Assembly: GCA_029863065.1 (NCBI GenBank)
Contig: JAOTWE010000001.1
Coordinates: 1-53,394 of the forward strand
Length of the DNA stretch: 53,394 nucleotides
Source: Betaproteobacteria bacterium
Lineage (GTDB): Bacteria; Pseudomonadota; Gammaproteobacteria; Burkholderiales; SG8-39
Direction of reading: 5' to 3'
Below the pieces are notes generated by a model, which saw nothing but the letters and a program-made list of their open reading frames with translations, was not told the origin of the DNA and did no database searches. Of this stretch, positions 7,527-16,207 are shown in pieces. The first letter of the stretch is position 1. Each line of letters begins with the position of its first letter. The translations under genes and the position numbers were made by a program.

Positions 7527-7625
7527 GACCCGGCTGAGGTGCGACGTGTAGAGCGCCGTGGTCAGCGGCTTCAGCTTCCCGCCGCCGGATCGTCGTGAAG
7601 CCTTTTCGCCGATAGCAGCTCGCCC

Positions 7626-8816
7626 TCAATACGAGCGTGGCATGCCGAGAATGTGCTCGCCGATGTATCCGAGCACGAGGTTGGTCGAGATCGGGGCGAT
7701 CTGCATCAGGCGCGTCTCGCGCCACTTGCGCTCGACGTCGTACTCGCGCGCGTAGCCGAACCCGCCATGGGTCTGCATGCAGGCCTCGGCGGCATGCCAG
7801 GCGGCTTCGGACGCCAGCATCTTGCCCATGTTTGCGTCATCGCCGCAGGGCAGGCCTGCCTGGAACAGGGCGGCAGCCTTCCTCAGCAGGATGTCGGCCG
7901 CCTCGATCTCGGCATGGGCGTGCGCGATGGGAAACTGGATGCCCTGGTTCTGGCCGATGGGCCGGCCGAATACCACGCGGTCCTTGGCATACGCGACCGC
8001 GGTCCTGGTAAACCAGCGTCCGTCGCCGATGGCTTCGGCCGCCACCAGGATGCGTTCTGCGTTCATGCCATCAAGAATGTATTTGAAGCCTTTGCCTTCC
8101 TCGCCGATCAGGTTTTCGGCCGGCACCCGTGCGCCGTCGAAGAACACTTCGGTTGTATTGTGGTTGATCATGGCCTTGATCGGCTTGATCTCCAGGCCTT
8201 TGCCGAGGCAGGCGCGGATGTCGAGCAGGAACACCGACAGGCCTTCGGTCTTCTTCTTCACCTGCTCTGCAGGCGTGGTGCGCGCGAGCAGCAGCATCAG
8301 GTCCGAATGCAGCGCGCGCGATGTCCACACCTTCTGGCCATGAATCAGATAGTGATCCCCCTGGCGGACCGCACGCGTTTTCAGTTGCGTGGTGTCCGTG
8401 CCGGTGGTCGGCTCGGTCACGGCGAATGCCTGCAATCTCAGCGCCCCGCTGGCAATCTTCGGCAGATATTGCGCCTTCTGCTCGGGGCTGCCATGGCGTA
8501 ACACGGTGCCCATGATGTACATCTGCGCGTGGCAGGCGCCTGCATTGCAGCCGGCGGCGTGTATCTCTTCCAAAATGGCCGCCGCAGCGCGCAGTGGCAG
8601 CCCCGCCCCGCCGTACTCCTCCGGAATCAGCGCGGCCAGATACCCCGCCTCGGTAAGCGCTTTGACGAACTCGGTCGGATACGCCGAGCGCTCCTCGAGC
8701 TCGCGCCAATAGGCGCCGGGAAAGCTTGCGCAGATCCGGCGCACGCTGGCGCGGATCTCCGGGAAATCCTCGCCCAACGCTACGCCGATGTCCTCAATTC
8801 TTGTCGTGGCAGCCAT
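7626..8816 (-). CDS. acyl-CoA dehydrogenase
   Basis: 396 aa and full-length ACAD-like: GYLAALIPEEYGG, TEPTTGTDT, QIAPISTNLVLGYIGEHILGMPRSY. Confidence 0.9.
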   Translation of the reverse strand: MAATTRIEDIGVALGEDFPEIRASVRRICASFPGAYWRELEERSAYPTEFVKALTEAGYLAALIPEEYGGAGLPLRAAAAILEEIHAAGCNAGACHAQMYIMGTVLRHGSPEQKAQYLPKIASGALRLQAFAVTEPTTGTDTTQLKTRAVRQGDHYLIHGQKVWTSRALHSDLMLLLARTTPAEQVKKKTEGLSVFLLDIRACLGKGLEIKPIKAMINHNTTEVFFDGARVPAENLIGEEGKGFKYILDGMNAERILVAAEAIGDGRWFTRTAVAYAKDRVVFGRPIGQNQGIQFPIAHAHAEIEAADILLRKAAALFQAGLPCGDDANMGKMLASEAAWHAAEACMQTHGGFGYAREYDVERKWRETRLMQIAPISTNLVLGYIGEHILGMPRSY

Positions 8817-8902
8817 GTCGTGTCTGTTTCCTCGCTGGACAATCTTGCGAAATCAGCTTCGGCGGCACATCTGTTCGTCCCAAGATGATGTTTCAGGCGC
8901 AC

Positions 8903-9700
8903 TCAGCGGCCCTTGAATACCGCTTTGCGTTTCTCGTTGAATGCCTTGATACCCTCATAACGGTCCTCAGTTTCAACCAGATGGTTGTACGCCTCGACCT
9001 CGAAACGGTACGCCGTCTTCAACTCCATCTGCATGCCGAAGCGCACCGACTTCTTCACCTGGCGCACCGACAGCGGTGCGTTGGCGGCGATGGTGCGCGC
9101 GGTTTCCAGCACCTTGGGCATCAGCTCCTGCGCTTCGCACAGCTCGTTCGCGAGGCCCCATTCGAAGGCCTGCTGCGCGCTGAACGGCCGCCCGGTCATG
9201 AGGATTTCCTTGGCGCGGCGCTCGCCCAGCGCGCGCGGCAGATTTTGCGTGCCCCCCGCGCCGGGCATGATGCCCAGCGTCACCTCGGTCAGGGCGAAGC
9301 GCGCGCTCTTCACGGCATAGATGAAATCGCAGGACAGGGCGGTCTCCAGGCCGCCGGCATAGGCGTGGCCGTTGATCGCGGCGATCACCGGCAGTGGCAG
9401 GTCGACCAGCGTCCAATATTGACGCTCGAACAACTGGTGCTGGCGCACCCACTGCTCCTTCGACATGCCATGGCGCTCTTTCAGGTCGCCGCCGGCGCAG
9501 AAGATCCTGCCGCCGGCTCCTGTCAGCACCACGCAGCGCACGTCGCCTGCGTCCTCGGTCAGCCGGGTCCACAGGTCGAGGAAATCGCGGCCCATCTGGG
9601 TGTTGATCGCATTGCCCACGTCGGGCCGGTTGAGGGTCACCACGAGGACATGCGGCTCGGCCATTTCCGTCTTGAGGGTTGCGTAGGTCGGCAGTTCCAT
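8903..9700 (-). CDS. enoyl-CoA hydratase/isomerase (crotonase family)
   Basis: 265 aa. Motifs: FCAGGDLKE, AAINGHAYAGGLETALSCDF, and the C-terminal EGIKAFNEKRKAVFKGR. Confidence 0.9.
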   Translation of the reverse strand: MELPTYATLKTEMAEPHVLVVTLNRPDVGNAINTQMGRDFLDLWTRLTEDAGDVRCVVLTGAGGRIFCAGGDLKERHGMSKEQWVRQHQLFERQYWTLVDLPLPVIAAINGHAYAGGLETALSCDFIYAVKSARFALTEVTLGIMPGAGGTQNLPRALGERRAKEILMTGRPFSAQQAFEWGLANELCEAQELMPKVLETARTIAANAPLSVRQVKKSVRFGMQMELKTAYRFEVEAYNHLVETEDRYEGIKAFNEKRKAVFKGR

Positions 9701-9704
9701 TGAT

Positions 9705-10871
9705 TTAGCCTTCGCCTTTGTCGATGAATTCGCCCGTGTGCTCGCCCAGTCTGGGCGGGCGGCTGCGTATGGCGGGACGCACGCCGTCGAAACTCAAGGG
9801 CAGGCCGATGAGCTTCATCGCGCTGCCGGGTACGTTTTGCAACAGGCCCAGCGCGCGCGTCTGCTCGTGCGCGAGCATCTGCGCAAGGTTCTGCACCGGC
9901 GCGCAAGGTATCCCCGCCGTCTCCAGCAGCGCGGTCCACTCGCTGTTGCTGCGCGCGGACATCTCCGCCTCGATCAGCGCATAAAGGATTACCTGGTGCT
10001 CGACCCGCTGCGGGTTGCTCGCAAAGCGCGGGTCCTGCGCCCATTCCGGGTGGCCCAGGACCTGCGCAAGCCGGCGGAACAAGCCGTCGCTGGCGGCGGC
10101 GACCACCAGATCGCCGTCCGCGGTGGCGTACGCACGGTAGGGCACGATGCCGGTCGCGCCGGAGCCCTGCTTCGGCGGTTGCTCGCCGGAGGCCAGATAA
10201 TTCGCGGCCAGCAGCGACACCAGGCTGGTCGCGGTCTCGAACAGGGAGACGTCGACGATTCCGCCCGCGCCGGTGTCGCGCCGCTGATGCAGCCGGGTGA
10301 GAACGCCAATGACGGCCCACATGCCGGTGCCCAAATCGACGATCGACGGACCGACCCGCACCGGCGGGCGTCCGGGCTCGCCGGTGGTGCTCATGATGCC
10401 GCTGAAGGCTTGCATCAGCGGATCGTAGCCAGGCTGCTCCTTGAGCGGGCCGGTACGGCCGAAGGCACCGAGATTGCAGTAGATCAGGGCCGGCTTCTCC
10501 GCCACCAGCGTGGCGCCGTCCAGGCCGAGTTGGTTGACCTGCCCCGGGCGCAGGTTCTGCAGCACGACATCGGCGCGCGCGTTGATCAGGCGCCGAAGCG
10601 CGGCAAGTTGGTGCGGGTCGCGCAGTTCGCAGACGGCCGATTTCTTGTTGCGGTTGAGCGGCTGAAAACTCGCCGCCGCGCCTTCCCAGAACGGTGGCCC
10701 CCATTTGCGCGCATCATCGCCATCGGCTTTTTCTATCTTGATGACTTCGGCGCCCAGGTCACCCAGTATCTGACCCGCGAACGGTGCTGCAACGCTGTTG
10801 CCAAGCTCCACTACGACGATGCCTGCGAGCGGGCCTGTGGTATTCGGTGCGGAATTTGTTCGGCTGGGCAT
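9705..10871 (-). CDS. family III CoA-transferase (CaiB/BaiF-like)
   Basis: 388 aa. The N-terminus GPLAGIVVVELGNSVAAPFAGQILGDLGAEVIKIE is the family hallmark. Confidence 0.9.
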   Translation of the reverse strand: MPSRTNSAPNTTGPLAGIVVVELGNSVAAPFAGQILGDLGAEVIKIEKADGDDARKWGPPFWEGAAASFQPLNRNKKSAVCELRDPHQLAALRRLINARADVVLQNLRPGQVNQLGLDGATLVAEKPALIYCNLGAFGRTGPLKEQPGYDPLMQAFSGIMSTTGEPGRPPVRVGPSIVDLGTGMWAVIGVLTRLHQRRDTGAGGIVDVSLFETATSLVSLLAANYLASGEQPPKQGSGATGIVPYRAYATADGDLVVAAASDGLFRRLAQVLGHPEWAQDPRFASNPQRVEHQVILYALIEAEMSARSNSEWTALLETAGIPCAPVQNLAQMLAHEQTRALGLLQNVPGSAMKLIGLPLSFDGVRPAIRSRPPRLGEHTGEFIDKGEG

Positions 10872-11029
10872 CGATGAATTCGGCTCTGCAGGAACTCGAG
10901 TGGCTGATGTCGAGGCATTTTATAGCGCTGACAGCAGGCCGAATAGCGCGCGCGGCAGCGATTGACTGGGGCGCGGCAGCCACTGATACTCGGCCGGACA
11001 ATCGCGTACCCATTGCATCGGACTTCGCC

Positions 11030-11797
11030 ATGACTCGCCTCACCATTCTCACGGGCGCTTCCCGAGGCTTGGGCGCCGCGATGGCGGAACAACTTCTTCA
11101 GCGCGGCGGTACGTTGCTGACCCTATCGAGAAACGTCAACGCCGGACTAATGGAGCGCGCGGCGGCGAGCGCTGCGACGCTCGAGCAGTGGACGCTGGAT
11201 CTCGCTCAGCCGGTGCAGGCGGCAGCACGTCTCGAGGCTTGGCTGGAGACGCTGGACGGAGAGGGCTTTGAGCAAGCCACACTGATCAATAATGCGGCGA
11301 TGATCACGGACATCGGGCCATTGGAGGATTTGGCAGCGGGTGAACTGTCGAGCGCGCTGCGCGTGGGATTGGAGGCACCCTTGCTGCTCACCGCCGCGTT
11401 CCTGCGCGCCACACGTGCATGGCGCGCGCGTCGCTTGGGAACGTGCAGGGTGCTCAACATCTCGTCAGGACTGGGGCGCTTTGCGCGGGCCAGCCAGGCT
11501 TGCTACTGTGCCGTCAAGGCGGGCATGGATCATTTTTCGCGCTCGGTCGCGCTCGATCAGACGGCCGACTCGCAACCAGCTCATATCGTCTCGCTGGCGC
11601 CCGGTGTCATCGATACGGATATGCAGACGCGGTTGCGTGCCGCCAACCCGGCGCGCTTTCCCGACCATGCCCGATTCGTGCACATGAAGGAGTCGGGGCA
11701 ACTTGACGCACCGGCGGTGGCTGCGGCGAAAGTGCTGGCCTTTCTTGAACGTGCGGACTTTGGGGAAAAGCCTGTCGCCGATATTCGCGACGCCTGA
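11030..11797 (+). CDS. short-chain dehydrogenase/reductase (SDR)
   Basis: The internal ATG at 11030 gives MTRLTILTGASRGLGAAMAEQL (TGxxxGxG). The YxxxK equivalent is CYCAVKAG. Confidence 0.8.
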   Translation: MTRLTILTGASRGLGAAMAEQLLQRGGTLLTLSRNVNAGLMERAAASAATLEQWTLDLAQPVQAAARLEAWLETLDGEGFEQATLINNAAMITDIGPLEDLAAGELSSALRVGLEAPLLLTAAFLRATRAWRARRLGTCRVLNISSGLGRFARASQACYCAVKAGMDHFSRSVALDQTADSQPAHIVSLAPGVIDTDMQTRLRAANPARFPDHARFVHMKESGQLDAPAVAAAKVLAFLERADFGEKPVADIRDA

Positions 11798-11924
11798 TGG
11801 TCAGATATACGTTGAGCGATGTGCGACGATCAACGCCTTGCATTGGGGGAAATCATGAAGCGCATGACCATCGTATCCGGCGCGCGCAAGCGGATCCGAT
11901 TCGACTAACGGGGAGTGACCAACG

Positions 11925-12917
11925 ATGAAAATCGCGCAATTCTCTGCTTTCGGAAAGCCCGACGAAGTCATTCGCTGCGTGGACGTCGACGATGTCGGTG
12001 CACCGGGCCCGGACGAGGCGGTGATCGATGTTCTGGCGTTTCCCATCAATCCTGCGGACTTGCTGACCATCGAAGGGCGCTACGCGCTGCGTCCCCCGTT
12101 ACCGGCGCGGCTCGGCGCCGAATGCGTCGGCCGGGTCATCGCGCGGGGGCGTGACGTCCGCGGTCTTGTCGAGGGCGATCTCGTCATTCCGCTCGACCGC
12201 GACAACTGGGTCCAGCGCAAGAAGGTCAAGGCTGCCCAGCTCGTGAAAGTGCCGTCGAATGTCGACCCGCTTCAGCTTGCCATGCTGAAGGTCAATCCGC
12301 CCACCGCGCACCTGATGATGACGAAGTACGTCAAGCTGCAGCCCGGCGAGTGGCTGATCCAGGATGCGGCGAACTCCGGCGTCGGTCACTGCCTTATCCA
12401 GATCGCCAAGGCTGCGGGCATCCGCTCGGTGAACGTCGTGCGCCGCGACGGGCTCGCCGACGAACTCAAGGCGCTCGGCGGCGACGTCGTGGCCGTGGAC
12501 GGCCCGGATCTCGGCGAGCGCGTGCGGGCGGCCACCAATGGCGCGGCGATCCGCCTCGCGATCGATGCGGTGGGTGGGGAGCAGATTGTCCGGCTCGGTG
12601 ATTGCCTGACCGAAGAGGCAGTCATCGTCAACTACGGCCTGCTCTCGGGCGAGAATCCTCAGCTCACCGGCCACCAGACGGTTTTCAAACGGCTTTGGCT
12701 CACTGGATTCTGGCTGATGCCGACGCTGCAGCGCATGGCGCCCGCAGAAATTCAAGAAATGTATGCAATGCTGGCCGGCCGGATCGCGGGCGGTTCGCTG
12801 CGCGTCCCGGTCGAGGCGACTTATCCGATCGAACAGATCGCGCAAGCGGTCGCGCAGGCGAATGCTTATCGCCGCACCGGGAAAGTACTCGTGACGCCGA
12901 ACGGACCGCTGGGGTAG
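11925..12917 (+). CDS. MDR-superfamily NAD(P)H-dependent enoyl/quinone reductase
   Basis: 330 aa. PINPADLLTIEGRY resembles the trans-2-enoyl thioester reductase / zeta-crystallin type. Nucleotide-binding site: ANSGVGHCLIQIAKAAG. Confidence 0.85.
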   Translation: MKIAQFSAFGKPDEVIRCVDVDDVGAPGPDEAVIDVLAFPINPADLLTIEGRYALRPPLPARLGAECVGRVIARGRDVRGLVEGDLVIPLDRDNWVQRKKVKAAQLVKVPSNVDPLQLAMLKVNPPTAHLMMTKYVKLQPGEWLIQDAANSGVGHCLIQIAKAAGIRSVNVVRRDGLADELKALGGDVVAVDGPDLGERVRAATNGAAIRLAIDAVGGEQIVRLGDCLTEEAVIVNYGLLSGENPQLTGHQTVFKRLWLTGFWLMPTLQRMAPAEIQEMYAMLAGRIAGGSLRVPVEATYPIEQIAQAVAQANAYRRTGKVLVTPNGPLG

Positions 12918-13214
12918 GCGATGCCGCCTGGGTGCGGCGGTTACTGGGAATGCTGGCAGGTGAACGACGGCTTTCGGCGGCGTGCTGCTGTGGCTCCCGC
13001 AAAACGATTCACGCCATGACGACGCGGCCTGAGCCCTCGCCCGACGCGCGATCGCCGGAGCGGCGCTTCGCGCCCTTGCGTCGCGGCGAGGCCCGATGAT
13101 CGCTCAAGCCGCGTTCAGTCTCCTGCTTACCGTGCTATTCCTGGTGGCGGCTGCGTCCTCGGCGTCTGGGGCGCGTCGATTTCGATAGAAGAGCGCGCCG
13201 GCGCGACGCTCAGC

Positions 13215-13607
13215 TTACTTGATGACCTCCCAGAACAAGCCGCCGACGCAGACGAATCCGAGCGTGAACACGAGCGTGCGTATGTACGGCAATCCGAGCC
13301 AGTACACGAGCGCATGCGCGGCCCGGAGCCAGAAGAAGGCCACCGCCCAGAAGGCGGTCATCTCGTTCAGCTTGCCGGTGAGGTGCGCGACGATGACCAG
13401 CACCGCGAATGGGGCGAATACCTCCACGGCATTGAGGTAGACGCGATCGGCGCGCTTGCCCCACAGGGGCACGGGCCGGGGGGTCGGATCGACGTAGTTC
13501 TGTGGCTTCAGCAAACCGTTCGTCATCACCTGGCAGACGACGTAGGGGATCCAGAGCGCCGCGGTCAGCATCGCGGTGTAGGCAAGGTACGTGAGCTCGG
13601 TCTTCAT
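13215..13607 (-). CDS. MAPEG family membrane protein (membrane glutathione-S-transferase-like)
   Basis: The ATG at 13607 has GGGAGG upstream. 130 aa with 4 TM helices. The patterns NAVEVFAPFAVLVIVAHL and RAAHALVYWLG are typical of bacterial MAPEG. Confidence 0.8.
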   Translation of the reverse strand: MKTELTYLAYTAMLTAALWIPYVVCQVMTNGLLKPQNYVDPTPRPVPLWGKRADRVYLNAVEVFAPFAVLVIVAHLTGKLNEMTAFWAVAFFWLRAAHALVYWLGLPYIRTLVFTLGFVCVGGLFWEVIK

Positions 13608-13716
13608 TCGGCCTCCCTTGATCGACGGTCCACGAAATGCTTCAGCACCGTGCAAAGCTACGCCAGGCCCGCTTCGCTGACAACGGGGCCGCGTAGCGTG
13701 CAGCGCGCTCGCCGCC

Positions 13717-14481
13717 TCAGCCCTCGTCCCAGATCTTGTCCGTCAGCGGCAGGTCGCGGATCTCTGCAGCGCCGAGCGGCTGGTCTGGCGCGATGCCGAT
13801 CGACTCGAGCAGCGCGGCAAGCTGCCGCACGTGCTGCGCCGAATGCCACACGGTGCGCTCGAGCATCTCGTGCCGGCTGGTGCCGCCGAAGTAGGTTTCG
13901 ACGGGCTGCGTGAAGTCCGCGCCGGCATTGCGCGCCCACCAGTCCGCGAAGCGTTCGCGCACCGCCTCGCCGAAGGCGGCGATCGACGCGTTCGACAACA
14001 TGTCATCAGGAGGCGCTGCCGTCATGACCTCATACTCGAGCCGCGTGCCCTTTTCCTCCATCTCGAGGAACGCTACGGGGATCTGGAAGACATGGTGCGC
14101 GAGCACGCGCCAGGAGCGCGGCCGGTTCGGCAGTACGTTGCCGAGCGCCGAATCCGGCAACTGGCGCACCAGGCGCACCGCTGTACCGAGCACGACATCC
14201 GCGCGTGCGGCGAGCGCAGCCGGCGCGAGCACTGGCCCGCCCGCTTCGCCCAGGCCGAGGAAGGCGATGACTTCCGTAATGACCTGCGCGTAGACGAAGC
14301 GCCCGTCGCGCGCCACCACCGGCACCGAGCGCGCGCCGAGCGCGCGCAACGCCGCCAGGCCCTCGGCGTCTTCGAGGACGTTGATCGACTGGAACCCGAT
14401 CCCACGGACCGAGAGATACTCCTTAAGCCGGAGGCAGCTGGTTCAGTGCGGCTGCCAGAAGACCTGGATCGATGCGCTCAT
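13717..14481 (-). CDS. glutaredoxin-like domain fused to a DinB-family domain, interrupted by an in-frame TGA at 14445-14443 (candidate selenocysteine, or a pseudogene)
   Basis: Hand translation from the ATG at 14481 gives MSASIQVFWQPH-TGA-TSCLRLKEYLSVRGIGFQSINVLEDAEGLAALRALGARSVPVV..., continuing in frame into track ORF 13717-14349. The DinB-like His pattern is HHVF...HSAQH. The TGA occupies the first Cys position of the Grx CxxC motif. Confidence 0.6.
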
Positions 14482-14570
14482 GGGGATGTCCTGTGTGCGG
14501 AAGGAGAAGCATACATCGCAGCCGCCCATGCGTAGGGATTGCGACGCACCATCGCCTCGATGGCGTTCGC

Positions 14571-15557
14571 TCAGGGCAGGAGCACGATCTTGCCCTGCAC
14601 CTGGCGCGATTCGAAGCGCGCCAGCGCCTCGGCGAAGCGCTCGAGCGGGTAGCGCGCCGTGATTTCCGGCTTCAACTTCCCCTCTCCGTACAGCGCGTAG
14701 AGTTCTTCCTGCACTCGCTGCACGCGCCCGGGCTCGCGCCCGCGGTAGTCGGTCCACTGCAGCCCGAGCACCGCGAGGTTCTTGACCAGCAGATAGCCCG
14801 CCTTCGCCTCGGGAACGCGCCCGGAGGCGAAGCCGATCGACACCAGGCGGCCGCACCAGGCGAGCGCGCGCAGCGCGCCGTCGAAGGCGTCGCCGCCGAC
14901 GCTGTCGAGCACGATGTCCACGCCGCGTTTGCCGACGGCGGCCTGCACCTGCGCGCGCACACTCTCGCGCAGGTCCGGCGCCGCGAGGTCGATGACGTGA
15001 TCGGCGCCGTGGCGCTTGCACAGTTCGCCCTTTTCCTTGCTGGTGACGCCGGCAATCACGGTGGCGCCGAGCGCCTTGGCGAGCTGCACGCCCGCCAGGC
15101 CAACGCCGCCCGAGGCGCCGGTGACGAGAACGGTTTCGCCCCTCTTGTAGGCGCCGCGCTCGAGGAGCGCGAAGTGCGCAGTCTGGTAGGCGAGTGCCAG
15201 CACCGCGCCTTCGTCGAAGGGCATCGCCGGTGGCATTCGATAGCAGATCGCCTCGGGCACGACGACCTTTTCCGCGAAAGCGCCGTACTCGGGCAGCGCC
15301 ATGACGCGATCGCCGAGACGCACGCGCTCCACGCCCGCGCCGATCGCGCCGACCACCCCCGCCACCTCCTTGCCCGGGCTGAAGGGCCGCGGCGGCAGCA
15401 GCTGGTAGCTGCCCTGCATCACCATCAGGTCGGGAAAATTGACGCCGAACGCGCGCGCCTCGATCAGCACCTCGCCGCGCGCGGGCACCGGGTCGGGGAC
15501 GGTCTCGAGCCGGTGCTGCGCGACGGGCCCGTGCTCGCGGACGATGACCGCGCGCAT
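14571..15557 (-). CDS. NADPH:quinone oxidoreductase (zeta-crystallin type MDR)
   Basis: 328 aa. Motifs: MRAVIVREHGP, GVNFPDLMVMQGSY, VTGASGGVGLAGVQLAKALGA, and the C-terminal [10 protein letters not shown]. Confidence 0.9.
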   Translation of the reverse strand: MRAVIVREHGPVAQHRLETVPDPVPARGEVLIEARAFGVNFPDLMVMQGSYQLLPPRPFSPGKEVAGVVGAIGAGVERVRLGDRVMALPEYGAFAEKVVVPEAICYRMPPAMPFDEGAVLALAYQTAHFALLERGAYKRGETVLVTGASGGVGLAGVQLAKALGATVIAGVTSKEKGELCKRHGADHVIDLAAPDLRESVRAQVQAAVGKRGVDIVLDSVGGDAFDGALRALAWCGRLVSIGFASGRVPEAKAGYLLVKNLAVLGLQWTDYRGREPGRVQRVQEELYALYGEGKLKPEITARYPLERFAEALARFESRQVQGKIVLLP

Positions 15558-15563
15558 CGGCGC

Positions 15564-16205
15564 CTAGGCGCGCAGCTTGGCGACGCGCGCGCGGCGCGCG
15601 GGCGCGTAGGCCGCATCGCCGAGCGCCTCGTAGAGCGCCTGCGCGACATCGAAGTGCGCCGCGAGCCCGGTGCGCTCGAGAAGCGCGATCGGGCCCTCGG
15701 GATAGCCGAGGCCGAGCTTGAGCGTGGTGTCCATGTCGTCGGCGCTGGCGAGCCCTTCGTCCAGCCGGCGCAGCGCCGCGTTGAGGTAGGGCCGGATCAG
15801 GCGGTCGACGATGCGCCCTGGAAGATCGTTGCACACCGCTACGGTGAGCCCTGCGTCTTCGAACACCTTCTTCGCGGCGGCGAGCGCGGCGGCATCGGTA
15901 TTGGGTTGCCGCACCAGCTCCACAAGCTTCGTCGGCTCGGCCGCGCCGAGGCGAAAGCGCGCAAAGCCGAGGACGTTCGAGCCTTCGGTGCCGCGCGATT
16001 CGCCCGTGTGCACCCCGAGGCATTCGGTGCCCAGCTCCACCACGATGGCGGTTTTCTTCTCGCGTTCCTGGATGCCCGCGAGGCCGCGCGCGACGTCAGT
16101 ACCGATGACGACGACCACGTCGCCCGCCGCCGCGGCGCCTTGCGTGAGCGCGTGCGCCGCGGGAAAGGAGCGGCTCTTGCCGGTGTCGATGAGGGAGTAG
16201 GGCAC
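15564..16205 (-). CDS. 3-hydroxyacyl-CoA dehydrogenase-family paralogue with degenerate N-terminal nucleotide-binding region
   Basis: The GTG at 16205 lies 2 nt downstream of the hbd-like stop codon (16210-16208). The C-terminal half is clearly HAD-like (DLPGRIVDRLIRPYLNAALRRLDEGLASADDMDTTLKLGLGYPEGP). The rest of the 495-aa track ORF is a shadow of the upstream gene. Confidence 0.65.
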   Translation of the reverse strand: MPYSLIDTGKSRSFPAAHALTQGAAAAGDVVVVIGTDVARGLAGIQEREKKTAIVVELGTECLGVHTGESRGTEGSNVLGFARFRLGAAEPTKLVELVRQPNTDAAALAAAKKVFEDAGLTVAVCNDLPGRIVDRLIRPYLNAALRRLDEGLASADDMDTTLKLGLGYPEGPIALLERTGLAAHFDVAQALYEALGDAAYAPARRARVAKLRA

Positions 16206-16207
16206 GG

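Noticed and set aside
11855-11908. A 17-codon ORF (MKRMTIVSGARKRIRFD) with GGGGG upstream, in the leader of the MDR reductase gene.
   Set aside because: It could be a leader peptide, but there is no attenuator-like alternative pairing or codon bias to support that.
13096-13188. A 30-codon hydrophobic mini-ORF (MIAQAAFSLLLTVLFLVAAASSASGARRFR) in the 12918-13214 intergenic region.
   Set aside because: There is no Shine-Dalgarno, no conservation evidence is available, and such short ORFs arise by chance.
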